This document shows, piece after piece, positions 28,356-44,870 of a stretch of 64,000 nucleotides of DNA (position 1 is its first letter; the number at the start of each line of letters is the position of its first letter). The DNA comes from an uncultured delta proteobacterium. Its GTDB lineage: Bacteria; Desulfobacterota; Desulfuromonadia; Geobacterales; Pseudopelobacteraceae. The position numbers were made by a program, and so were the translations under genes. The stretch is from the NCBI GenBank assembly GCA_963772835.1, contig CAVYYZ010000009.1, positions 64,001 through 128,000 of the forward strand. Direction: 5' to 3'. The notes below the pieces were generated by a model. The model was not told the DNA's origin. It ran no database searches and saw nothing but the letters and a program-made list of their open reading frames with translations.

Positions 28356-30260
28356 ATGTTAACCGAACAGGACATATATCTCTTCAAGGAAGGCACTCAT
28401 ACGCGGTTGTACGAAAAGTTCGGCTGCCATCTTGCCGTCTGCGACGGTGTCGCCGGTGCGCACTTCTCCGTATGGGCCCCCAACGCCGAGCGCATCTCGG
28501 CTATCGGCGACTGGAACGACTGGGATCATGGTGCAGACCCGCTCTCTCCCCGCACAGACGATTCGGGTATCTGGGAAGGGTTCGTGCCGGGCGTCACGCA
28601 TGGCCAGGCGTACAAATATTTCATCGAATCCCGCCTTGGCGGCTATCAGGTGGAGAAAGCCGACCCGTTCGCCTTTTGCGCCGAAACGGCGCCGCGCACC
28701 GGTTCGCGCGCCTGGGACCTCAGCTACGACTGGGACGATGCAGCGTGGATGGCGGCGCGGCGTAACGCCAACGCACTCGATGCGCCGCTGTCGATCTACG
28801 AAATGCACCTCGGTTCGTGGCGGCGCGTGCCCGGAGAGGACAACCGCTTTTTTACCTACCGGGAGATTGCACAGCCGCTGGCTGATTACGTCCGCGAGAT
28901 GGGGTTCACCCACGTCGAACTGATGCCGGTCACCGAGCACCCCTTCTACGGTTCGTGGGGCTACCAGACCACCGGCTATTTTGCGCCGACTTCGCGCTAT
29001 GGCGACCCCGAAGATTTCATGTACCTGGTCGACACCCTGCATCAGTACGGCATCGGCGTCATCCTCGACTGGGTCCCTTCGCATTTCCCCAGTGACGAAC
29101 ACGGGCTGGTCTACTTCGACGGAACCGCCCTCTATGAGCATGCCGACCCGAAACAGGGGTTTCATCCCGAATGGACCAGCCAGATTTTCAACTACGGCCG
29201 CAACGAGGTACGCGGGTTTCTCATTTCCAGCGCCCTGTACTGGCTGGAACGCTACCACATTGACGGGATACGGGTGGATGGCGTCGCCTCAATGCTTTAC
29301 CTGGACTACGGACGAAAGCAGGGTGAGTGGGTGCCGAACCGCTTCGGCGGCAGGGAGAACATCGAGGCGGTCGAATTCCTGCGCCTGCTGAATCAGGCGG
29401 TCTATCGCGATTTTCCCGATGTGCAGACAATGGCCGAGGAGTCGACCTCCTGGCCGATGGTGTCGCGTCCCGTGTATCTTGGCGGGCTCGGCTTCGGGCT
29501 GAAATGGAATATGGGGTGGATGCACGACTCGCTCAAGTACATGAGCCAGGAACCGGTCCACCGCAAATATCACCACAGCCAGCTCACCTTTTCGATCTGG
29601 TACGCCTTTTTCGAGAATTTCCTGCTGCCGCTGTCGCACGACGAAGTGGTCTACGGCAAGGGTTCGCTGATCAACAAAATGCCGGGCGACTCCTGGCGCC
29701 AGTTCGCGAATCTGCGCCTCCTCTACGGTTATATGTGGGGGCACCCGGGGAAGAAACTCCTCTTCATGGGGGGCGAATTCGGCCAGCGGAGCGAATGGGC
29801 GCACGAGGGGAGCCTGGAGTGGCATCTGCTTCAGCATCCCGAGCACGAAGGTCTGCGCCGCTGGGTGACCGACCTGAACCGGCTCTACCGTGCCGAACCG
29901 GCGCTGTATCAGCAGGACTTCGATCAGGCCGGGTTTGAATGGGTGGACTGTAATGACAGCGAGCAGAGCGTGCTGACCTTCCTGCGCCGGCCAAAGGGTG
30001 GTGGGGAAGCGGTGCTTGTTGTCTGCAACTTCACACCGGTGCCGCGCAGCAATTACATCATCGGAGTGCCGGAGGGTGGCTATTGGCGCGAAATTGCCAA
30101 CAGCGATGCAACGCTGTACGGCGGCAGCGGCATCGGAAACTTCGGCGGCGTCGAAGCTGCACCGGTCTCCGTACACGGCCGTTTTCATTCGCTGGTACTG
30201 ACGCTGCCGCCGCTTTCAACCCTGATGTTCAAAAGAGAGGTTATGCATGACAACAACTGA
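28356..30260 (+). CDS. glgB: 1,4-alpha-glucan branching enzyme
   Basis: [56 protein letters not shown]. Confidence 0.95.
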   Translation: MLTEQDIYLFKEGTHTRLYEKFGCHLAVCDGVAGAHFSVWAPNAERISAIGDWNDWDHGADPLSPRTDDSGIWEGFVPGVTHGQAYKYFIESRLGGYQVEKADPFAFCAETAPRTGSRAWDLSYDWDDAAWMAARRNANALDAPLSIYEMHLGSWRRVPGEDNRFFTYREIAQPLADYVREMGFTHVELMPVTEHPFYGSWGYQTTGYFAPTSRYGDPEDFMYLVDTLHQYGIGVILDWVPSHFPSDEHGLVYFDGTALYEHADPKQGFHPEWTSQIFNYGRNEVRGFLISSALYWLERYHIDGIRVDGVASMLYLDYGRKQGEWVPNRFGGRENIEAVEFLRLLNQAVYRDFPDVQTMAEESTSWPMVSRPVYLGGLGFGLKWNMGWMHDSLKYMSQEPVHRKYHHSQLTFSIWYAFFENFLLPLSHDEVVYGKGSLINKMPGDSWRQFANLRLLYGYMWGHPGKKLLFMGGEFGQRSEWAHEGSLEWHLLQHPEHEGLRRWVTDLNRLYRAEPALYQQDFDQAGFEWVDCNDSEQSVLTFLRRPKGGGEAVLVVCNFTPVPRSNYIIGVPEGGYWREIANSDATLYGGSGIGNFGGVEAAPVSVHGRFHSLVLTLPPLSTLMFKREVMHDNN

Positions 30261-32255
30261 CATACCTATGGATGACGGCCGGATACGCGCGGTAATCGAA
30301 CATATCACCCCCTCGATGGATGGCGGGACGTTTCGCGGCCAAACGCATCGTCGGCGACCAGGTTCTGGTTGAGGCCGACTGCTTTACCGATGGCCACGAT
30401 TCGCTTGCCTGCCTGCTGCTCTGGCGACAGGAAGATGAGACTGCGTGGCATGAAACGGAGATGGTGCCGCTCGGCAATGATCGCTGGCGCGGCAGTTTCA
30501 GCTGCGGAGTGCCGTTGGCCGGTACCGCTATACGGTCACCGCCTGGGTGGATCATTTCCTTTCCTGGCGACACGATTTTGCACGACGGGTGGATGGTGAC
30601 GATCTGCGCAGTGCGGCTCTGGTCGGCGCCATTCTCATCGAAGAGGCCGCAGGGCGCGCAAAAGGCAGGGAGCGCACACAGCTGAAAGGGTGGGCGACCC
30701 GGCTGCGCAGCGCACCTGATGTGCTGACACTGAGGACGCTCGGACTGGACGAAGAGCTCGCTGCAGTCGCCGCACGCTTTCCGGACCGGAGTCTTGCTGC
30801 AACATACCCCGTCGAACATCCGCTGGTGGTAGACCGCGTGCGCGCCCGTTTCTCCGCCTGGTATGAACTGTTCCCCCGCTCGGCAGCTACCGAACCGGGA
30901 CGGCACGGCACCTTCCTGGATTGCGAGGCACGCCTCCCCGAAATCGCAAAAATGGGTTTCGATGTACTCTATTTCCCCCCCATCCATCCGATCGGACGCG
31001 TCAACCGCAAGGGCGCCAACAACACACTGGTTACGGATCCCGGCAGCGTCGGAAGCCCCTGGGCCATCGGCTCAGCCGATGGTGGACATATGTCGCTGCA
31101 TAGCGAACTGGGCACAATCGAAGATTTCAGGCGGCTGCTCGCGAGCGCACAGACATACGGCATGGAAATAGCCATGGATATTGCGTTCCAGTGCGCGCCG
31201 GATCACCCCTACGTCACGGCGCATCCTGACTGGTTCAAGTGGCGTCCCGACGGCACCGTGCAGTACGCCGAAAACCCCCCCAAGAAATATCAGGACATCT
31301 TTCCGTTTGAATTCGAATCCGACGAGTGGCGCGGACTGTGGCAGGAGCTCGCCGACGTGATCCGTTACTGGGCCGACGAGGGGGTGCGGATTTTCCGCAT
31401 TGACAATCCGCACACCAAGCCGTTCCCCTTCTGGGAATGGACGATCACCGAGATCAAGCGTGACTATCCGGATGCGCTCTTCCTTGCCGAGGCATTCACC
31501 CGCCCGAAGGTCATGCACCGGCTCGCAAAGCTCGGCTTCAGCCAGTCCTACACCTACTTTGCCTGGCGCAATACCAAGCACGAACTGGTCGAATACTTCA
31601 CCGAGCTCTACTCGTGGGGAGGGGCGCGAATACTTCAGGCCCAACGCCTGGCCGAATACCCCGGACATTCTCAACGAATACCTGCAGTTCGGCGGACGCC
31701 CCGCCTTTATCGTACGGTTGGTGCTGGCGGCAACGCTGGCAGCGAGCTACGGCATCTACGGCCCCTCCTACGAACTGCTTGACGCCGACTCCGCACACCC
31801 CCGGCAGCGAGGATTATCTGGACAGCGAGAAGTACCAGATTCGGCACTGGGACCGGAAAGCGCCGCAAAGCCTGTCCGACCTGATTGCCCACGTGAACCG
31901 TGCACGACGCGACAATCCCGCGCTGCAGTCCGATGCAACGCTCCGCTTCTTCCCGGTCGATAACGATAATCTGCTCTGCTACACCAAGTCTGACGCGGCA
32001 CAGGAGAATCTGGTGGTGATGGTGGTCAATCTCGACCCGCACCACGTCCAGTCAGGGTGGATCGAGCTTGACCTTGAGGCTCTCGGCATCGATGCTAAAA
32101 CCTCTTACCAGATGCACGACCTCCTCTCCGGCGCGCGTTTTCTCTGGAGCGGTCCGCGTAATTTTGTCCAGCTGGATCCGCAGCGCGCACCCGCGCACCT
32201 GTTCGCACTGCGGCGCAAGGTACGAACCGAACATAATTTTGACTATTTTTTGTAA
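30247..32255 (+). CDS. glgE: Alpha-1,4-glucan:maltose-1-phosphate maltosyltransferase, about four frameshifts (near 30325, 30510, 31615, 31790)
   Basis: Fragments across frames: [62 protein letters not shown]. Confidence 0.88.
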
Positions 32256-32269
32256 TTCTGGAGTAATCG

Positions 32270-35645
<3,376 letters not shown>

Positions 35646-35646
35646 T

Positions 35647-36330
35647 ATGGAAAAAGTAGACATCATGCTCGAACCGGTGCAGGCATTCCTGCTCCAGATC
35701 TATGGCTTACTGCCCAAATTCGCTCTCGCGCTTGGAGTGCTGATCGCAGGGTGGCTGCTGGCCAGATTCGCGCGGTTCGCGATTGTCAAGGGGTTACGTG
35801 CGATAAACTTCAACGTCCTCAGCGAGCGGGCCGGTCTTGACGGTTTCCTGAGCCAGGGCGGCATCGAAACTGATACCACCGGTATCTTCGGGCTGCTGGT
35901 CTACTGGCTGGTTATCCTGGCCGCTCTTATTATCGGATTCAACAGCCTGGGGCTCACCTACATCACCGGACTGCTGGGGGAGGTTGTGCTGTTTGTCCCC
36001 AAGGTCATCGTGGCACTGCTGATTCTCGCCGTCGGTGCGTACTTCGCGCGTTTCGTCGGAACGACAGTGATTGCATACTGTAAAAACATCGCCATCCAGG
36101 ATTCCGACGTTCTCGGCAAACTGGCACAGTACGCCATCATGACGTTTGTCGTGCTGATAGCGCTTGACCAGGTAAATGTAGGTGGTGATATAGTCCGGCA
36201 GAGCTTTCTCATCATCCTGGCCGGGGTCGTGTTTGCTCTGGCACTCGCCTTCGGACTCGGCGGCAGAGACGCCGCGGCTGAGCTCATTGATCGCTGGTGG
36301 CCGGGACAACGGAAAGACAAAAACGATTAA
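35647..36330 (+). CDS. CmpX-like / MscS TM-helix-repeat membrane protein
   Basis: Repeated LPKFALALGVL / VPKVIVALLIL helices; ALALAFGLGGRD; AGGAG RBS. Confidence 0.8.
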   Translation: MEKVDIMLEPVQAFLLQIYGLLPKFALALGVLIAGWLLARFARFAIVKGLRAINFNVLSERAGLDGFLSQGGIETDTTGIFGLLVYWLVILAALIIGFNSLGLTYITGLLGEVVLFVPKVIVALLILAVGAYFARFVGTTVIAYCKNIAIQDSDVLGKLAQYAIMTFVVLIALDQVNVGGDIVRQSFLIILAGVVFALALAFGLGGRDAAAELIDRWWPGQRKDKND

Positions 36331-36351
36331 ACCTAAAAACAGCAGTTCATG

Positions 36352-36486
36352 AACCACAGAGCAACTGAGCAACAGAGAAATCAAGCAGTTACATTAACAA
36401 CAGGCATAACCAAGATGGTGATTGATTTTTTTGTTTTACCCTGAATTCTTCTTGTTTTTGCTCAGTTGCTCTGTTGCTCTGTGTTT
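36352..36486. repeat. 135-bp element with terminal inverted arms made of 9-bp tandem units (MITE/REP-like)
   Basis: Left arm AACCACAGAGCAACTGAGCAACAGAG; right arm CTCAGTTGCTCTGTTGCTCTGTGTTT; AT-rich interior. Confidence 0.7.
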
Positions 36487-36556
36487 TAAAAATTTTTTTA
36501 GGTCAAACTGTTGTACAGAGTGAATTACCAAATAATTTCAACCAAGGACAGTACCT

Positions 36557-38683
36557 ATGAACCCGATTACCGCAGTGTGGCCCGGCAGCCCCTATCCTCG
36601 TGGAGCAACGTGGGACGGAGAAGGGGTCAACTTTGCGATTTTCTCCGAGCATGCAGGAAAAGTAGAGCTCTGCCTCTTCGACGACACAGGGCGGCGTGAA
36701 CTGCAGCGCATCGAACTGCGTGAGCAGACCGATCTGGTCTGGCATTGCTATCTGCCGGAGGCACGACCCGGCCTGCTCTACGGCTATCGCATCCACGGCC
36801 CGTACAAACCCGAGGAGGGACACCGCTTCAATCCGCACAAGCTGCTGCTCGACCCCTATGCGCGACATATAGCCGGTGACGTACAGTGGAGCGACGCGCT
36901 GTTCGGCTACACGATCGGCAGCAAGCGTGAGGATCTGTCGTTTGACCGCCGTGACAGCGCGCGTTTCATGCCGAAATGCAAGGTTATCGAATCGGCGTTC
37001 AGCTGGGGTGAAGACCGGCGCCCGAAAATACCCTGGAACGACATGATCATCTACGAGACACATGTACGCGGCTTTACCATGCGCAACCCGGACGTCCCCC
37101 CGGCGCTGCGCGGCACCTACGCCGGACTTTCCAGCGCCCCGGTAATCGAATATCTCAAACGGCTCGGCATCACCACGGTGGAACTGATGCCGGTACACGC
37201 CTTCGTCGACGACCGCTACCTGCGTCGAGCGCGGTCTGACCAACTACTGGGGGTACAACACCATCGGCTATTTTGCACCCGAGCCGCACTACTCCGCTTC
37301 GGGGAAGGTAGCTGAATTCAAGACTATGGTGAAAACCCTGCACTCGGCGGGGCTCGAAGTCATTCTCGACGTGGTCTATAACCACACCGCCGAAGGGAAC
37401 CAGCTGGGACCGACACTCTCGTTTCGTGGTGTGGACAACGCCTCCTATTACCGACTGCCTCCGGAAAACCAGCGCTACTATGCCGATTACACCGGCTGCG
37501 GCAATACGTTGAACATGGTGCATCCGCGCGTGTTGCAGCTGATCATGGATTCCCTCCGCTACTGGGTTATCGAGATGCATGTGGACGGCTTCCGCTTTGA
37601 TCTCGCCTCGGCGCTGGCGCGCGAACTGCACGCGGTGGATCGACTCGGTGCATTTTTTGATATCCTGCGCCAGGATCCGGTACTGAGTGAAGTAAAACTG
37701 ATCGCAGAGCCGTGGGATCTCGGAGAAGGGGGGTATCAGGTGGGTAACTTTCCGGTCGGCTGGTCCGAGTGGAACGACAAGTACCGCGACACCATGCGCG
37801 CTTACTGGAAGGGGGATGGCGGCCTGATCGGCGAGTTCGCCCAGCGCATCACCGGATCGAGCGATCTGTACGGGCACAGCGGCCGCCGCCCGCATGCCAG
37901 CATCAACTTCGTCAGCGCCCATGACGGCTTCACACTCGCCGACGTTGTTTCCTATAACGAACAAGCACAACGATGCGAACCAGGAGGGGGGGCGCGACGG
38001 ACACGATCACAACCTGTCATGGAACTGCGGCGTGGAAGGTGCCAGCGATGATCCTGCGCTGCGCGCACTGCGTGCGCGCCAGCAACGCAATATGATTGCC
38101 ACGCTGCTGCTGTCGCAAGGCGTCCCGATGCTGCTCGCCGGTGACGAGATCGACCGGAGCCAGCAGGGGAACAACAACGCCTACTGCCAGGACAACGAAC
38201 TATCCTGGATCGACTGGACGCTGGACGACGACAAGCAGAAACTCCTGGCGTTCACGCAGCGGGTCATCGCGCTGCGCCGCGCACACCCGGTCTTCCGGCG
38301 GCGGGACTTCTACATGGGACACCCGGTCCGCGGGACAGGGCATAAAGGATATCGTCTGGCTGCTCCCCGACGGCGGTGAAATGAACGACTTCGAATGGAG
38401 CCAGCACTTCGCCCGCTGCCTGGGCGTGTACCTGGCCGGGGAAGCTCTGACCGAAACCGATGAGCGCGGCCGGCCGCTTCGAGATCACAACTTTCTCGTG
38501 CTGTTCAATGCGCATCATGAAACGATACCATTCAAGCTGCCTGATTACCCTGGCAGTAGATGGCTCACTCTTCTCGACACCGCTCTGGAAGAAGGGCTGG
38601 TCACTCACGGGACGTACGACGCCGGCGTGGAATATGACCTGCAAGGGCGTTCCCTCGCACTACTGCAGCAGGTGAGTACCTGA
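36557..38683 (+). CDS. glgX: Glycogen debranching enzyme, about three frameshifts (near 37225, 37960, 38335)
   Basis: [57 protein letters not shown]. Confidence 0.9.
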
Positions 38684-38710
38684 TACTCTCCCGCCGGATT
38701 CTGACAATGT

Positions 38711-40639
38711 CTACGAATCGATTGTCCACCCGGCTTCAGCCTCCAACCGGGCAATCAGATCCGGACAGTCAATGTCCTTACGCGCCCGCAGAGCCAGGGC
38801 CAGTACAGCGTGCAGGTTGAGCACCTCTCCCCGCACTTTTCCCTCTTCGTAACGGCGGACAAAATCCTGCGGCACCCGGAGAGTCCAGTTGTCATCGTGT
38901 GTCGTGCCAGGCTCGTTGTACGCTTCCTCCAGCCCGAAAAGATCGGCGAAGAACAGCATGACATGCTGAGCAGGACCAAGGAAGAGATTTGCCACTTTGG
39001 CATGTGCCATTCTACACGGGTTGGCGGCCAGAAGCGACGAGAACCGGTCGGAATCCTCCGGACGTAGCTGGTGGGCAAGATAGGCGGCCTGCTTCACCCC
39101 CTCCTCCTTTCCATGCCAGGCTTTTACCAGACGCCAGACAGTAGGCGTATCATGGTTTCCAACCATGATCCAGTCCTCGGGCAGCGTGTTCTCACTGCGA
39201 TAGACGTCCCGACGATTGTCCATGCTCGCTTTTTGTGTTACCCGAAAGCGCCCCAGGCCGTGCCGCTGGCGTACCCGTTGGAGTGGCAACGGTTCGGTAG
39301 ACAACACCTCGAACAGGATGTCCTCCTTGCGGCGGCCGTGGTTGCGGACCTGATCCATGACTGCATCCATGAGCATGGCATAACGATCCTCCTGTTCAGC
39401 GGTTAGATTGCTGACCCAATCGTCGGCATAGCGGGGTTGATTCCGGTTGATTTGATCCGGACGTACGATAGCATGACCGGCAAGATCAGGATGATCGGGC
39501 AGGTCCGGGGAGGAAAACAGGCGGGCGCCGTTCTGTACGGCATGGTACGGATCGGGGTCATCAGCCCGATAGACCCAGGGGCAGACCAGACCGTGGGGAT
39601 GATCCAGGCGCAGGCCGTCGAACTCGCAGAGCATCTTGCCCAGCCGCTCGGCGACCAGAGCCAATACCGGCCCGGGTCGCCCATCAGAATCCAGATATTG
39701 GGCCGGATCCAGCACCTGATAGCTCCAGGGCTGTCCTTCGATATTGGTGCGGCTGGGCGGCGCCCCCATATAATAGTTATGCAGCAGCAAGGTCTGCAGG
39801 CTCCAATTGTCAGCCTGGGAAAAACCGACCTGCACATCGCCGTAGATCTTGAGTCCCAGAGCCTGCATGCTGTCCCGGAAGACCAGATGTTGACGCAGCA
39901 GAAGCTGCTGGATCAGGGTATAGCGCTCCAGCACTTGGGCATATTTTTCTTCCAGCGCCCGGCGGCGAAGGGCGCAGGCGGTCTCCATCCCCGCAGGAAC
40001 TGCGCAGAGTTTCCGGTCGAGAGCGCCCTCACCTTCCTGCGGCCATTGCCGCCAGGGCAAATGACCATGTTCAAGGCTCAGGGCCTCAAACAGGGCGTCG
40101 TCTCTCAGCCAGCGCGCAGACCGCCAGAGCTCTTTGATCTCCCTGTCCAGAGCCAGGGCGTCTTCATCCTGTTTTTCCCGAAGTGCGAGGAAGCTGCTGT
40201 AGACCTCGTCCTGCACCCTGCTGTAGGCGGCAAATGCGTGGGCATAGGGAACCCGGCGACCAACCGTCGGCTGGTTGTCAGCCAGAAGCGCATCCCAGGT
40301 GAGTCGACTGAGTAAGCCCTGATCTACCAGGGCCTTCAGGTCCAGAGAGAGAATGCTGCGAGAAAAGAGCGTGCCGTCGTAGGGTGAGGGATTGACCGAT
40401 GAGGTCTGCCCCTGAGGGCCAAGCTGCAGACCGGTGAAACCGAGATGCCGGGCAAAGCAGGCCAGCGCCAGTCCGCCAGCTCCGTAAGGAGTGCCCCGCC
40501 CGCTATCTTCGCCATACTCCCCCGGGAAACTGGCGTCATGCACCGCCAGCAGGAAGTCCGACTTATCCAGCAGCCGCAACGCTTCGGCAATGGATGTGTC
40601 TGGCAGGGTGTCTGTAGTTCTCGGGGCGTTGGCCATCAT
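38711..40639 (-). CDS. malQ: 4-alpha-glucanotransferase (GH77, amylomaltase)
   Basis: NPSPYDG, YGDVQVG, GAPPS, DGLRLDHPHG, GNHDT, YNEPGT...NWTLR. Confidence 0.85.
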   Translation of the reverse strand: MMANAPRTTDTLPDTSIAEALRLLDKSDFLLAVHDASFPGEYGEDSGRGTPYGAGGLALACFARHLGFTGLQLGPQGQTSSVNPSPYDGTLFSRSILSLDLKALVDQGLLSRLTWDALLADNQPTVGRRVPYAHAFAAYSRVQDEVYSSFLALREKQDEDALALDREIKELWRSARWLRDDALFEALSLEHGHLPWRQWPQEGEGALDRKLCAVPAGMETACALRRRALEEKYAQVLERYTLIQQLLLRQHLVFRDSMQALGLKIYGDVQVGFSQADNWSLQTLLLHNYYMGAPPSRTNIEGQPWSYQVLDPAQYLDSDGRPGPVLALVAERLGKMLCEFDGLRLDHPHGLVCPWVYRADDPDPYHAVQNGARLFSSPDLPDHPDLAGHAIVRPDQINRNQPRYADDWVSNLTAEQEDRYAMLMDAVMDQVRNHGRRKEDILFEVLSTEPLPLQRVRQRHGLGRFRVTQKASMDNRRDVYRSENTLPEDWIMVGNHDTPTVWRLVKAWHGKEEGVKQAAYLAHQLRPEDSDRFSSLLAANPCRMAHAKVANLFLGPAQHVMLFFADLFGLEEAYNEPGTTHDDNWTLRVPQDFVRRYEEGKVRGEVLNLHAVLALALRARKDIDCPDLIARLEAEAGWTIDS

Positions 40640-40811
40640 TCAAGCTCCTGTGTAACAAACTGGTGGGAATACGACTGAAGAATGTTGAAGTGTCCACGCG
40701 GAAAGGCTGTCGCACAATGGACAAATACAGGGATAAGAATTTGTATTTTATAGTTTTAACACATATACTTTCCTTGAACAAGCTGCCGTCAATATCAGGA
40801 GAACCGTATCT

Positions 40812-43800
40812 ATGCGACATGAAGATTCCATCCTTGAGAACAATCCCGGCTGGTACCGGGATGCGGTTATTTATCAGCTGCATATCAAAGCATTCGCTGA
40901 CTCTAACGCCGATGGCATGGGTGATTTTCTCGGCCTGATCGGAAAACTTGATTACCTGCAACAGCTCGGAGTTACGGCAATCTGGCTGCTCCCCTTTTAT
41001 CCGTCACCGCAACGGGATGACGGTTATGACATCTCCGATTACTATACCGTCAATCCCTGCTACAATACCCTCCGCGAGTTCAAACAACTGATGCGTGCCG
41101 CCCACGGCCGCGGCATCAGGGTGATCACCGAACTCGTGCTCAATCACACCTCGGACCAGCACCCCTGGTTCCAGCGAGCCCGTCAGGCCAAACCCGGTTC
41201 CGCGCATCGGGATTTCTATGTCTGGAGCGATACTCCCGAAAAATATCGGGAAGCGCGCATTATTTTTCAGGACTTCGAAACTTCCAACTGGACCTGGGAC
41301 CCGATCGCCAAGGCCTACTTCTGGCACCGCTTTTACTCCCACCAGCCGGACCTGAATTTCGACAATCCGAAGGTACAATCCGAGATGCTGAGGGTTATTG
41401 ATTTCTGGATGCGCCTTGGGGTTGACGGTGTTCGTCTCGATGCGGTCCCTTATCTGTTTGAACGGGAGAGAACCAATTGTGAAAATCTTCCCGAAACCCA
41501 CGCATTCCTCAAAAAGCTCAGGGCCCATCTGGACAGCTCCTTCAAAAACCGGATACTGCTTTCAGAGGCAAACCAGTGGCCGGAGGATGCCGCCGCTTAT
41601 TTCGGTGACGGCAACGAGAGCAACATGGCTTTCCATTTTCCGCTCATGCCGCGCATGTTCATGGCCATCGAAATGGAGGATCGATTCCCGATCGTCGACA
41701 TCCTTGATCAGACGCCGGCGATCCCGGAGGGGTGCCAGTGGGCCATATTCCTTCGCAACCATGACGAGTTGACTCTGGAAATGGTGACCGATGAAGAGCG
41801 GGATTACATGTACCGGGTATATGCCTCAGACCCGAGGGCACGTATAAACCTTGGCATCCGCCGCCGTCTGGCCCCGCTGATGGGTAATAACCGCCGGAAA
41901 ATAGAACTGATGAACATGCTGCTCTTCTCGCTGCCGGGAACTCCGATCATCTACTACGGCGACGAAATAGGTATGGGCGACAACTATTTTCTGGGTGACA
42001 GAAATGGAGTCCGTACCCCGATGCAGTGGAATCCGGACCGGAACGCCGGGTTCTCCAAGGCCAGCCCCCAGAAGACTGTTTCTGCCGGTCATAATTGAAG
42101 CAGAATACCACTACGAATCGATTAACGTGGAGAATCAGGAGAGCAATTCTTCATCCCTGCTCTGGTGGATGAGGCGTACGATCGCGATGCGCAAGCGCTT
42201 CAAGGCGTTCGGAAGAGGCGGCCTGGAGATGCTGCCGTCAGACAACCCAAAGGTGCTGTCCTTCATCCGCAGCTTTGAAGATGAAAAACTTCTGGTTGTC
42301 ATCAATCTCTCCCGATTTGCACAGACGGTAACAATTGATCTTTCACGCTACGCCGGTCTGATCCCTGAAGAGGTCTTCAGTCGCAACCGATTTCCCATAA
42401 TCCAGGAAACCCGCTATCATTTTACCATGGGACCATATGACTATTTCTGGTTTGTGCTGCGAAACACCGAGGCGAAGACCGACCCCTGCGACGATGAGTG
42501 CATGAAACTCAAACTGCGGGAAGGACATCCCTGGTGGAACGTTCTGACAGGTAAAACCGGAGAGCGATTGTGCAACAGCGTGATGCCCCACTATCTGCAG
42601 CGCGTATTCTGGTTTTTCGGCAAGGGGCGGATCATCAGGCAGATCAGCGTGATCGACAGTTGTCACCTGAGACAGGAAGACCAGTTGTTCCTGCTTACCT
42701 TTATCAAGGTCACGTACACAGGTTCGGATCCTGAAATCTATCTGATTCCGATGACCTGGCTTTCTAACGAACAGGTTCAGGTCATGTCGGACCGGCATCC
42801 TCTGTCTACAATAACAACGCTGGCTCTGGGAGATGTAGAGGGTGTGCTGTGTGATGCGATCTACTTCGAAGATTTCCGGGCACTGCTCTTTAAACTGATG
42901 AGCGACCGGACAAAAGTGCACGGTGCAAACGGCACTCAACTGGTCGGTCTGCGCGGCAGCGGTGTGACGAAAAACTCACCGCCACGGGCAGAACTTTTTC
43001 CCAGCAGGGTGGCCGTGGTCGAGCAGAATAACACCAGTGTCCTGTACGGCGACCGGTTACTGTTCAAAATGTACCGGAAACTTGAGGAAGGGATAAATCC
43101 GGAACCGGAAATACTCCGGTATCTGGCTGGTAAGAACAGATTCCGCAACGTGCCGTCGTATGCCGGGAAGATTGAATACCATGGTGAGGGCGGTAAAATC
43201 TATGATATCGGTGTCCTGCAAACCTACATTTCCTGCCACGGTGATGCCTGGCGGAACACCCTGACAAGCCTCACCCAATTCGCAGAACATATTCTCTCGC
43301 ATAAGCTGGATCTTCCTAAACTGCCGACCCGCCTTCCAACTCTTCTGGAAGTCGTCGACAGCGGCATCCCGGAACAGTTCCGTGATCTTGTCCGCGGATT
43401 GCATCTGGAAATGGCCCTTCTTCTTGGCAAGCGCACCGCTGAGATGCATCGGGCCCTGGCATCCAACTCTGCAGACGACACCTGGAATAAGGAAGAGTTT
43501 TCATCCCTTTACCAGCGTTCCATCTTCCAGTCCATGCGGGGACTGGTCCGGAGAAACTTCCAGACGCTATCGACAAACCTTCAGAAACTTTCTGCTGACG
43601 TACAGCGGAGAGGCACACGGATACTCGCCGCTGAAAAGGAGATTATCGCCTGTCTGCAGGAAATTACCGGCCATCGCTTTTCCGCAATGAAGTGCAGGAT
43701 TCACGGCGACTTACATCTCGGCCAGGCACTCTTCACCGGCAAGGATTTTGTTTTCATCGATTTTGAGGGAGAACCTGCCCATACTCTCAGCGAGCGCCGT

Positions 43801-44157
43801 CTGAAACGCTCTCCACTGCGCGATGTGGCCGGTATGATCCACTCGTTCCACTATGCCGCCATGACAACACTGGTTCACCACGGTGCCAGTCATCCTGACG
43901 ACATCGCTCTTCTCGAACCCTGGTTTGAGGCGTGGTATGTCTACGTCAGCGGTTCTTACCTGAAAGCGTATCTGCATGCCATGAAGAACTCACCATTGGT
44001 TCCTGCCGACAGGGCAGAACTCGCAATCATGCTGCGCAGTTTCCTGATACAAAAAATGGTCCAGGAGTTGGGAACTGACTTAGACAACCGCCCGGACCTG
44101 GTCGATCTCACATTACGGGGAATCGAGATGCTTGTGAAGGAGTGCCGTTGTTCATAA
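40812..44157 (+). CDS. treS: Trehalose synthase TreS fused to maltokinase (copy 2), one frameshift near 42065
   Basis: ORF 40812..42098 (TreS catalytic part) continues in ORF 41995..44157 (RLFLPVI..., [23 protein letters not shown]). Confidence 0.9.
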
Positions 44158-44346
44158 CCGGAAAACGCAGAATTTTTCGGAACGCAATTCAGCACCGCTC
44201 AAAGAGGATTGAGGATATGAATGGAACCATTTTCAAATACGTGGCGACGCTACGTGCACGTCAGCTGATTCAACATACCGTTCTGACCAGGCTTTCTACG
44301 CCTTCAGAGCATCTTAATCCCGACTGTAGGTATATTTCCAAGCAAG

Positions 44347-44375
44347 TTGAAATAGTGTTTTATTTATGATATACA
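44347..44375 (+). promoter_or_regulatory. Sigma70-like promoter of leader ORF copy 1
   Basis: TTGAAA-N17-TATACA with TG upstream of the -10; the same arrangement precedes copy 2. Confidence 0.55.
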
Positions 44376-44436
44376 ATTCACATGTAGTTTCAAACCTGAT
44401 CATGCAATGTACGCGGTTCCACATAAGGACTTCAGC

Positions 44437-44793
44437 ATGGCATCCCTCACAGGTAATCACATGCAAAATCGGCACGCGATGCTGCGACATCCGCTCCTGT
44501 CCGGGCGCGTCTCGAGGAAATACCTGCCGCAACTGCTGATTATTCTCCTGCTCCTCCTCACACCCCTTACCTTTTCAAATGACAACATCCCCAATTTCGA
44601 GCCTGAATGCGAGATCAGTTCGCTTGTTTTCACTAAAGGGGTCACTGCCTCTGCCGTTCTTGCTCCAATCCCCTCAATTGTTCATCACGCCCATGCACAA
44701 TCACCTGCGCCGAGCTATCTAATCTCAGCACATTTCATCCCATCCGCTACACAAATCTCCCTTGCAACTCCAAGTCGGGCTCCTCCAGCCTGA
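44437..44793 (+). CDS. Leader ORF with hydrophobic segment and C-terminal RAPP (candidate translation-arrest peptide), copy 1, 118 aa
   Basis: TAAGGA RBS; paralog of 45624..45977; ends PSRAPPA-stop. Confidence 0.75.
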   Translation: MASLTGNHMQNRHAMLRHPLLSGRVSRKYLPQLLIILLLLLTPLTFSNDNIPNFEPECEISSLVFTKGVTASAVLAPIPSIVHHAHAQSPAPSYLISAHFIPSATQISLATPSRAPPA

Positions 44794-44870
44794 TATCCCA
44801 CACAATTTATTTCCGTCAGAAAACAGTATGTTATTTCGTATAGCAGTACCTCAACCGAAAGGAGGAACGC

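Noticed and set aside
28359..30188. Long antisense ORFs (two of 299 aa) opposite glgB, and similar ones opposite other genes
   Set aside because: These are shadow ORFs caused by GC-rich codon bias of the sense gene, with no recognisable motifs.
36352..36486. CRISPR-like repeat
   Set aside because: The units are 9-bp tandem repeats in inverted arms, with no spacers and no cas genes.
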